Virus record (IMG/VR): IMGVR_UViG_3300032244_000317
Location: 1 to 43,553 of that record
Direction: 5' to 3' (one strand)
Length of the DNA: 43,553 bases
From: a virus
Taxonomy: Duplodnaviria; Caudoviricetes
The notes beneath the pieces were generated by a model that was not told the DNA's origin, made no database searches, and saw only the letters and a list, made by a program, of their open reading frames with translations. The position numbers were made by a program, and so were the translations under genes. This document shows, piece after piece, positions 37,293-43,553 of this stretch. Numbering within the stretch: the stretch's first letter is position 1; each line of letters begins with the position of its first letter.

Positions 37293-37723
37293 TGACTAAG
37301 ACCAAGCACTTCCTGACCCTCGCGCTTCTCGTTCTGTCGAGCGTGTCGGCCTTCGCGCAACGCCCGATCGACAAGGACACGCGCGTGTTCCTCGATGCCA
37401 TCCGTCGCGTCGAGACCGGCGGCTTGCCGAACGCCGGCAAGGGAGCCGTCGGTGACAAGGGCGCGAGCATCGGGCCGTACCAGATCCAGCGTGCGTACCA
37501 CGCGGATGCACGCATGAAGGCCGGCCGCTACGAGGACTGCTCGACCGACGCGGCATACTCCGAGCAGACCATGCTCGCCTACTTTGCTCGCTACGCGCCC
37601 AAGGCTCTGGAGTCGAAGGACTGGGAGACGCTCGCTCGCATTCACAACGGCGGGCCGAAGGGCCACACGAAGAAGGCGACGCTCGGCTACTGGGCCAAGG
37701 TCAAGAAGGAGATGGACAAGTGA
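37292..37723 (+). CDS. Secreted lysozyme, invertebrate-type/destabilase-like
   Basis: Signal peptide MTKTKHFLTLALLVLSSVSAFA; VET, GPYQIQRAYHAD, ARIHNGGPKG, YWAKV motifs. Confidence 0.8.
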   Translation: MTKTKHFLTLALLVLSSVSAFAQRPIDKDTRVFLDAIRRVETGGLPNAGKGAVGDKGASIGPYQIQRAYHADARMKAGRYEDCSTDAAYSEQTMLAYFARYAPKALESKDWETLARIHNGGPKGHTKKATLGYWAKVKKEMDK

Positions 37724-38382
37724 CTACGACCTTCGACTTTCAAGACGGCAACGGCCCCGTGCCTGCACACAAACATCCGAATGGCAGAGGCTGGGTGGCT
37801 GACACGGCAACGGTTACAGAGACTGCGTTTATTGGGCCTGATGCTCGGGTCTTCGGCAAATCTCGGGTGTACAACGCTCGGGTCTTCGACAGTGCGCGGG
37901 TGTACGGCAACGCTTGGGTGACGGACAACGCTCAAGTGTTCGGCAACGCTCAAGTGTTTGGCAAGGCTCGGGTGTCTGGTGACGCTCAGGTATTTGGCTA
38001 CGCTCAGGTATTTGGCGACGCTCAGGTATTTGGCGACGCTCAGGTATTTGGCGACGTTTTTGTGTACGGCTTTGCTCGCGTATTCGACAGAGCTAGGGTC
38101 TATGAAAACGCGCGCGTGTACGGCGATGCTCTGGCGTCAGGCGAGGCTCAGGTGTCGGGCGAGGCTTATTTGTGCGGCGACTCTTGGGTGTATAGCTGCA
38201 CCAAGGTGTCCGACAATGTTCTTGTGTCAGGCAATGCCAAGGAGATGGCGAAGGTCTATGTTTTGATGGCCGAGTACTACAACGCGCTGCAAGGCATCTT
38301 CGCCACACGGATCGGAGCCGAAGAAGCGCAGGGCAAGCTCGACTTCCCGACGATCATCTTGGAGTGGGAGGTGGGGCCGTGA
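37720..38382 (+). CDS. Hexapeptide-repeat left-handed beta-helix protein
   Basis: HPNGRGWVADTA, then more than 15 repeats of V(F/Y/S)G(D/N)A(Q/R). Confidence 0.85.
   Translation: MTTTFDFQDGNGPVPAHKHPNGRGWVADTATVTETAFIGPDARVFGKSRVYNARVFDSARVYGNAWVTDNAQVFGNAQVFGKARVSGDAQVFGYAQVFGDAQVFGDAQVFGDVFVYGFARVFDRARVYENARVYGDALASGEAQVSGEAYLCGDSWVYSCTKVSDNVLVSGNAKEMAKVYVLMAEYYNALQGIFATRIGAEEAQGKLDFPTIILEWEVGP
37981..38052 (+). repeat. Coding tandem repeat, 4 x 18 bp
   Basis: (G/T)ACGCTCAGGTATTTGGC x4, encoding (D/Y)AQVFG. Confidence 0.9.
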
Positions 38383-39278
38383 GTAGAACCATCAAGGACA
38401 GACAAGACTTAGTCAACTTGCCGATCGAGGGCAAGCCCTCATATCGAGACTGGTCAGGAAGAGAAGTAGATCGCACTCCACAAGAAGACTACAGCGTCAG
38501 GGGTGAGTCGGCTGAGTTAGTGCTTCGCAATCATGCACAACGCTGTATTGAAATGATCCGCAAGAGTGACAAGGTCTTTGGTTGTATCGCTTGGATCACA
38601 CACCCTGAGATTCTTGATGCCCTTGCAGAACCGCTAGAGTGGTCGAAGGCCGAGCGCAGGGTTCAGATCATTGTCAACAAAGAAGACTTCCTCAGGCCAG
38701 ACTACACAGACAAAGTAAGTCGTAACGAAACTTCATTCTACAATGAACTGAGGTCAAAGTATGACCGTCTCGGCGGTGGTGTAAATACCTATCTAGAGGT
38801 AGGTAGGAGGTTTGTTGAAACAAGCACTGGCTGGAATTGCAATCTTGACGTTGAATCTCTTAGATGCGTTGGACTTTCACTGAAGCAGCGTTGGTCTCCG
38901 AAGATGCATCACAAGTTTGCGGTGTTTATGAGGGGATGCGGCAATGGCAGCGGCGCTCATCTGAGCCACAAAGACACCGATTCAGAGGCCTACGTGACCT
39001 ACGTGCCGTGGCATGACCATTATAGTGCGACAGCAAGTCGTCATCTATCCTGTGGAAAATGTCATGAGGAGGGATGCTTTGCTGCGGCTTGGATCGGCAG
39101 CTTCAACTGGACAAAGAATGCAGGCAAGAGCTTCGAGTCAGTTGTGATCACAGAAGACAAAGAGATTGTAAACTCACTTCTATGGGAGCACAGTCAGCTT
39201 CTCTTGATGAGCGAGCCGCTTGATTGGAACTCCCCGTATGTGGATCCCGAGCTTTCCGATCGGATTGGAGAAAGCTAG
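38379..39278 (+). CDS. Phospholipase D-like (single HKD-type) nuclease
   Basis: CIAWIT...ILDAL, VQIIVNK, KMHHKFAVF, WIGSFNWTKNA...ESVVI; visibly lower GC than flanks. Confidence 0.8.
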   Translation: MSRTIKDRQDLVNLPIEGKPSYRDWSGREVDRTPQEDYSVRGESAELVLRNHAQRCIEMIRKSDKVFGCIAWITHPEILDALAEPLEWSKAERRVQIIVNKEDFLRPDYTDKVSRNETSFYNELRSKYDRLGGGVNTYLEVGRRFVETSTGWNCNLDVESLRCVGLSLKQRWSPKMHHKFAVFMRGCGNGSGAHLSHKDTDSEAYVTYVPWHDHYSATASRHLSCGKCHEEGCFAAAWIGSFNWTKNAGKSFESVVITEDKEIVNSLLWEHSQLLLMSEPLDWNSPYVDPELSDRIGES

Positions 39279-39286
39279 GTGACCTC

Positions 39287-39571
39287 ATGAACCTCAACGA
39301 CCTCGAACTCAGCCACGGCACCTGCTCGGCGTGCGGCCGCGACGATCTTCTCGTCCAGTGCAGCGTCGGTGACTACTGCTGCAACGCGTGCCTCAAGGAG
39401 TCCATCGAGAAGCCGAACACCGGCGACCGTGAACTCGATGCCATCCTGCTCGCGCTCGGCGTGCTGGGGAAGAGGATGTACAAGACCGACCCCGCCGGCC
39501 TGCACCTCGTCGGCAATGTGTACGGGCTCTTCGCCGAGTACCTGAGGAAGCGCGAGAAGGCCGACTCATGA
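39287..39571 (+). CDS. Small Cys-rich hypothetical protein
   Basis: CSACG...YCCNAC; 94 aa. Confidence 0.65.
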   Translation: MNLNDLELSHGTCSACGRDDLLVQCSVGDYCCNACLKESIEKPNTGDRELDAILLALGVLGKRMYKTDPAGLHLVGNVYGLFAEYLRKREKADS

Positions 39572-40056
39572 AGTCCTGCTTTGAGTGTGGCAGCACGGAT
39601 AGGCTGCACGAGCATCATGTGGTGCCGGAGTCTCGAGGCGGCACGCGCACGGTCACCGTCTGCCAGCGATGCCACAACCTGTGCCACCACGCGAACGGCA
39701 ACATGCTCTTGGGTACTTTGCTGAAAGAAGCCAACCAGAACAGAAGGCTGCTTCCCAAGGTCGGCATCCAAGAGGAATCGAACCGCATGGACTACGCGTT
39801 CCTCTTGTGGAGGCAAGGCGATCTCAAGACAGAAGACGACTACGAGTACTTCGCCGAGTCCTACGGCCTGCGCGTTGATGTCTTCAAGAAGTACCTCGAG
39901 AGAGCGATCGAACTAGTGCAGACCACAGACTTCAGCGTGCGGCCAGAAGGCGACCTCGACGATGTCGTGCCGTTCCTGTGGGACAGATACATGGAATACA
40001 AAGTCACGAAGAGATCGCCCATGACCTCGATTATGCAGTGGATTCTGACCGAGTGA
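39568..40056 (+). CDS. HNH endonuclease-domain protein
   Basis: CFECG...HEHHVVPESRGG..TVTVCQRCHNLCH. Confidence 0.82.
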   Translation: MKSCFECGSTDRLHEHHVVPESRGGTRTVTVCQRCHNLCHHANGNMLLGTLLKEANQNRRLLPKVGIQEESNRMDYAFLLWRQGDLKTEDDYEYFAESYGLRVDVFKKYLERAIELVQTTDFSVRPEGDLDDVVPFLWDRYMEYKVTKRSPMTSIMQWILTE

Positions 40057-40172
40057 GACGGCTCGGCGAGTTGGTGTTCGTTGCAGCACTGCTCGCCGTT
40101 GCCGTAGTCTTGATCATCTGCTGGGTGTTCACGCCCGGCAGATCCACCGACCGACCAAGGAGCAAGAGATGA
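40053..40172 (+). CDS. Possible small single-pass membrane protein
   Basis: GTGA overlap; LVFVAALLAVAVVLIICWVF hydrophobic stretch; only 39 aa. Confidence 0.4.
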   Translation: MRRLGELVFVAALLAVAVVLIICWVFTPGRSTDRPRSKR

Positions 40173-40537
40173 GAGAGCATCAGCAATATCTGGAGCAGCC
40201 CTACTTCTACGACGAGGACAGGGCGTGCAACTTCACCGGCGAGGTCAGCGTAAAAGTCTTTGGGCTAGTCCTCGATCTGTCCGTTGAGGAAGGACAGGTG
40301 ACGGACTTCTCCGTGCTGGGCATGGACGACTGGCCGTATGCACACGAGGTCGCGCGTGACGCGCTCGAGGCCACCGACCGTGACACGACCGCGCTCGACA
40401 ACGGCGAACTCACGGAGCAAGAAGTCATCGACATCGTCGTGGGCTTCAAGATCGAGCACACCAGCGACCTGAACGACGAGCCCGATGTGCGCGAAGCCAT
40501 CGAGCAGGCCGACCTCGACCAGAAGAGCGGCTGCTAG
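40169..40537 (+). CDS. Acidic hypothetical protein
   Basis: 122 aa, AAGGAG RBS. Confidence 0.75.
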   Translation: MREHQQYLEQPYFYDEDRACNFTGEVSVKVFGLVLDLSVEEGQVTDFSVLGMDDWPYAHEVARDALEATDRDTTALDNGELTEQEVIDIVVGFKIEHTSDLNDEPDVREAIEQADLDQKSGC

Positions 40538-41123
40538 ATGAAGCCGGATCTATCCGTCCCGCTCTTCGACTCAACTTGGAGAAGAGCATGCATCGTGAGT
40601 GCGTGTAAGGTTGCAGATGTGGACGAGTTCGTCCGCGCTCACTATCTGAGGAAGCGGCCAGCCATTGTGCTGCTGTGCATGATGATGAGGCACAACGGCA
40701 AGCCGGTCGGCTGCATCATCTATTCTGCTCCACCAAGGGAAGTGAACAAAAGGTATGGAGGCCACACTTGGGAGCTCGCGCGACTTTATCTTCTCGATGA
40801 AGTCCCGAAGAACGCAGAGACTTGGCTCATCTCTCAGTCCGTCAAGCACATCAAAAGGAACTTTTCCGATGTGCAGCACCTGATCTCATACGCCGACCCA
40901 AGTGCAGGTCACAAGGGCACGATCTACAAGGCGGCGAACTGGAGGCAGGATGGAAGGACAGACGACGAGAGGAAGTCACCCAGATGTGACTATGTGGACA
41001 TCCGAACTGGCAAGAAGTACGGCCGACGCGGAAATGTTCCACAAGACGCGGTAATCAAGAGGATCCCCCGCGTGAGCAAGTACCGCTTCACGATGAGTCT
41101 CCTTACGAAGAGCGGCTGCTAGA
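40522..41123 (+). repeat. 17-bp direct repeat pair flanking the Mom-like gene
   Basis: GAAGAGCGGCTGCTAGA at 40522-40538 and 41107-41123. Confidence 0.9.
40538..41122 (+). CDS. Mom-family (GNAT-fold) DNA adenine modification protein
   Basis: FVRAHYL, GCIIY, WELARL, KNAETWLIS, LISYADPSAGHKGTIYKAANW. Confidence 0.82.
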   Translation: MKPDLSVPLFDSTWRRACIVSACKVADVDEFVRAHYLRKRPAIVLLCMMMRHNGKPVGCIIYSAPPREVNKRYGGHTWELARLYLLDEVPKNAETWLISQSVKHIKRNFSDVQHLISYADPSAGHKGTIYKAANWRQDGRTDDERKSPRCDYVDIRTGKKYGRRGNVPQDAVIKRIPRVSKYRFTMSLLTKSGC

Positions 41124-41125
41124 AT
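41117..41125 (+). promoter_or_regulatory. Extended -10 promoter candidate
   Basis: TGCTAGAAT (TGn-TAGAAT) just upstream of a structured intergenic region. Confidence 0.45.
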
Positions 41126-41131
41126 CTCCCG

Positions 41132-41295
41132 CGCAAAGACCGCTGTGGTCTTCGCTGTGCTGGCCGGAGGCAAGTCGGTGGTGCGACACCGACGGCCAGC
41201 ATCCCTAACAACTCGACGGCGGCTCTCGTGCTTTGGTCGGCACACGGGCCAGCAGGTGCCGTCGAGTGTCATCTTCCTGCTGGCCCACCTACACC
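41132..41295 (+). ncRNA. Candidate structured RNA / 5' leader with pseudoknot
   Basis: Several perfect 6-11 bp helices, two of which cross (41211-41220/41258-41267 and 41246-41256/41276-41286). Confidence 0.45.
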
Positions 41296-41634
41296 ATGCA
41301 CCGCTCACAACTCCTCGACATCCACGCCGCGCTCACCGACAAGGCCTTCCGCGTGATGCAGAAGAAGAACCATGACTACGCGTCGAACACCGACCCGTTC
41401 TTCAATCTGCGCCAGTGCGAGGCGTTCGGGCTGTGCTCCGTCGAGCAGGGCATCCTCGTGCGCATCACCGACAAGATCTCGCGCCTTAGCCAGTACACGA
41501 AGAACGGCGAGCTGCAAGTCAAGGACGAGAGCGTCGAGGACACGCTCGTCGATATCATCAACTACACGGTGTTGCTGCGTGCGTACCTGAAAGAACAAGG
41601 CGAACAGCCGGCACTCGAGAGCGTGCCGGATTGA
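41296..41634 (+). CDS. DUF1599-like nucleotide-modification-associated protein (all-alpha NTP pyrophosphatase-like)
   Basis: KKNHDYA...DPFFN...GILVRITDKISRL...DESVEDTLVDIINY. Confidence 0.8.
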   Translation: MHRSQLLDIHAALTDKAFRVMQKKNHDYASNTDPFFNLRQCEAFGLCSVEQGILVRITDKISRLSQYTKNGELQVKDESVEDTLVDIINYTVLLRAYLKEQGEQPALESVPD

Positions 41635-41741
41635 GGAGCGGTGTGGTGGTGCAAAAGAAAAGCATTCCGCAAGGTTTCCATGCCCGACTCGACGGGCGCG
41701 GAGATGTGAGTCATAGTCTCACCCACACCCTCCCACCTCTC

Positions 41742-42122
41742 ATGGATCACCGCTACCCGACGCTCGCGCCTCTGGCGTTCGAGATGTTCTACGACCTTTC
41801 CGCGTTGCGCGGCTTGCCAGTGACTAACAGGCCGCTGACCATTCGTGTCACCGGCGGTCGCGTGAAGAAGAACAGCCGCGACCTGATGGTTCGAGTCGAA
41901 GTAAGGAACGGCCAGATGGACGGCATCGTGGCGATGCTCGTGTCATCCAGCATCAAGTCGCGCACGCTCGAGCGTCACCACCGGCACCTGCGGATGATGC
42001 ACCATGTCCTCGGCATGATGGGCCACAAGGTCGAGCTCGTGATGCCGGAGGTTCAGCGTTGGCGGCTTGCACGCGCGAAGGCCGTGCGCGAGATTGCAGC
42101 CCTGCTAAGATCCGCGTCATGA
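41742..42122 (+). CDS. Hypothetical protein
   Basis: MDHRYPTL..., 126 aa, coupled to next gene. Confidence 0.62.
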   Translation: MDHRYPTLAPLAFEMFYDLSALRGLPVTNRPLTIRVTGGRVKKNSRDLMVRVEVRNGQMDGIVAMLVSSSIKSRTLERHHRHLRMMHHVLGMMGHKVELVMPEVQRWRLARAKAVREIAALLRSAS

Positions 42123-42391
42123 CTTCCAACTGTCCGTTGTGCGGCTCGACCGTGTACTCGCTCGCGGCACTTCGCTGGCAAGACATGCTGGCCCAGATGC
42201 CGGCACCGCTGAAGGCGCAAGCCCTGAAGCAGCAGACCAACCAGCCGTCCGGCCGTGGTCGTGGACGCTGGCTGTACGCGACCAAGGATGGCAGCGCGTA
42301 TGTCTGCTCGCCCGGTCAGATGCAGCAGATCCTCAACACGCCGCCGCCGGCCGACGAGCCGCAAGCCTTCGGCGAAGACCACGAGGACTGA
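42119..42391 (+). CDS. Hypothetical protein with CxxC
   Basis: MTSNCPLCGS..., ATGA overlap. Confidence 0.62.
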   Translation: MTSNCPLCGSTVYSLAALRWQDMLAQMPAPLKAQALKQQTNQPSGRGRGRWLYATKDGSAYVCSPGQMQQILNTPPPADEPQAFGEDHED

Positions 42392-42394
42392 CGC

Positions 42395-42790
42395 GTGAGC
42401 CCCTCCTGCCTTGCCTGCGGCGAACGGTCGAAGAGCCTCGAGCGGCACCACTACGCGCCGAAGTCCGTCGTCGGTCGGGACAAGGCCGACTCGTACCCCG
42501 TCCATTGGCTCTGCCGCGCTTGCCACGCGTCGTTTCACTTGGCCGAGACCCACAAGGCCAAGAGCGCGGTCGCGTCGCTATCGTGGGCTCGCATGCTGCC
42601 TACAGTCGGCCAGTGCGAACGATGCCACCACACCGACGCACGCGTGCTTGCTTACGCGTTCTGGGATCCGACAGGCCCGCACCACAAGGGCCCGCTGTGC
42701 CACGCGTGCTTCTCGATCTTCGCCACCGCGCAGCGTGACTATCACCGCGTGCCGCTCGTCGCGCCGCCGGCCCAGACGGTGCTGTTCTGA
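42395..42790 (+). CDS. HNH-like Cys/His-rich protein
   Basis: CLACG...ERHHYAPK...LCRACHASFH, then CERC...LCHAC. Confidence 0.65.
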   Translation: MSPSCLACGERSKSLERHHYAPKSVVGRDKADSYPVHWLCRACHASFHLAETHKAKSAVASLSWARMLPTVGQCERCHHTDARVLAYAFWDPTGPHHKGPLCHACFSIFATAQRDYHRVPLVAPPAQTVLF

Positions 42791-43305
42791 TGGGCACTCA
42801 CTGGATCGGCATTGACCCCGGCTTGCACGGCGGACTGGTCGTGCTCGACGACTCGCTGAACTACAAGGCCAGCCACCGCACGCCGATCATCGAGGGTCTC
42901 GCCGGCGCGAAGGCGCAGTACGACGAGCGCACGCTCGGAGCTCTCGTGGTCGAGCTGGCCGGCTTCTATGGTAAGGACGGCAACACGGCGAGGTTCTGCA
43001 TCGAGGATGTCGCCGCCGCGCCGGGGCAAGGCGTGGTGTCGATGTTCCGTTTCGGCGTGGGCTACGGTCTCTGGCTCGGCGCGATCGCGGCCACGAGCTC
43101 GCCGTGTCACAAGATCAAGCCTCAGGCGTGGCAGCGCGTCGCGTTCGCCGGCCGTCCGTCCGTCGATAAAAAGCAGACCTCTTTCGTCGTCGCGCGTGAA
43201 CTCTTTCCGATGATGCCAGTGCGCTCGAAGTCGGCCGACTCCGGCCTCACCGACGCGGCCCTCATCGCCATGTCCTGCGCTCGAATATATTCGCCCAAGA
43301 AGTGA
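42790..43305 (+). CDS. ruvC: RuvC-like Holliday junction resolvase
   Basis: IGIDPGLHGG, CIEDV, QGVVSMFRFG, PQAWQ, DAALIA. Confidence 0.9.
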   Translation: MGTHWIGIDPGLHGGLVVLDDSLNYKASHRTPIIEGLAGAKAQYDERTLGALVVELAGFYGKDGNTARFCIEDVAAAPGQGVVSMFRFGVGYGLWLGAIAATSSPCHKIKPQAWQRVAFAGRPSVDKKQTSFVVARELFPMMPVRSKSADSGLTDAALIAMSCARIYSPKK

Positions 43306-43308
43306 AAA

Positions 43309-43339
43309 GGCCGTGCCGCGTCTGACACACGGCACGGCC
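43309..43339. terminator. Stem-loop, terminator-like
   Basis: GGCCGTGCCG/CGGCACGGCC stem right after the ruvC stop; U tract (TTTT) only on the minus strand. Confidence 0.55.
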
Positions 43340-43407
43340 CCCAACAACGACAGATGAGATATCTGTGGTGACCAACCACAAGCATCACGGTCGTGATTCT
43401 AGCACGA

Positions 43408-43484
43408 GGGCGCGTAGCTCAGACGGTCAGAGTCGGCGGCTTATATCCGCTCGGTCGTGGGTTCAAGTCCCACCGCGCCCACCA
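43408..43484 (+). tRNA. tRNA-Ile (anticodon UAU)
   Basis: Acceptor GGGCGCG/CGCGCCC, D arm GCTC/GAGT, anticodon stem GGCGG/CCGCT with loop CT-TAT-AT, T arm GTGGG-TTCAAGT-CCCAC, discriminator A, encoded CCA. Confidence 0.93.
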
Positions 43485-43553
43485 TCACAGACGCTTGGTT
43501 CCGTCGTCGCGCTTATCGACGAGCTTGGTCGTCGGCAGCATATTGTCGAGCAC

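Noticed and set aside
37928-38052. Tandem 18-bp repeats as a possible CRISPR array
   Set aside because: No spacers; units are in-frame hexapeptide codons; no cas genes
40053-40172. Holin assignment for the small membrane ORF
   Set aside because: Single short hydrophobic segment, 2.3 kb from the lysozyme, no family motif
41211-41286. HDV-like or hammerhead ribozyme assignment for the pseudoknot
   Set aside because: No P3/P1.1 arrangement and no CUGAnGA/GAAA core seen on either strand; kept as an unassigned structured RNA
1-43553. Diversity-generating retroelement, retron, intron or intein
   Set aside because: No reverse transcriptase motif, no template/variable repeat pair noticed, and core genes are uninterrupted

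Overview
The window is most of a high-GC (roughly 60-65% by eye, not computed) tailed-phage genome with a lambda/HK97-like long non-contractile tail. The minus strand (33590 down to 1) carries one colinear block: XRE regulator, SNF2 helicase, probable ssDNA-binding protein, RepB-type primase, candidate origin, UvrD helicase, PD-(D/E)XK nuclease, HGG-motif small terminase candidate, terL, portal-MuF fusion, multidomain prohead protease, HK97-fold capsid, three cement-like paralogs, neck and tail genes with a lambda-type GGGAAAG G/GT frameshift, tape measure, and M/L/K/I-J tail tip (J runs off the left edge). The plus strand (33860-43484) is an early/accessory arm of small genes with repeated A/C-rich leaders, a signal-peptide i-type lysozyme, a hexapeptide-repeat protein, a PLD-family nuclease, two HNH-like proteins, a Mom-like DNA modification gene bracketed by a 17-bp direct repeat, a pseudoknot-capable leader before a DUF1599-like gene, RuvC and tRNA-Ile(UAU). 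I saw no integrase, DNA polymerase, CRISPR array or canonical lysis cassette. The most interesting signals are the structured RNA at 41132-41295, a second gpM/Dit-like gene displaced into the neck region, the Mom insertion, the early-gene leader system, leaderless-type -10 motifs after late terminators, and strong avoidance of ACGT/CCWGG/CTGCAG/CAGCTG. All family names come from motif recognition by eye; no database search was run.
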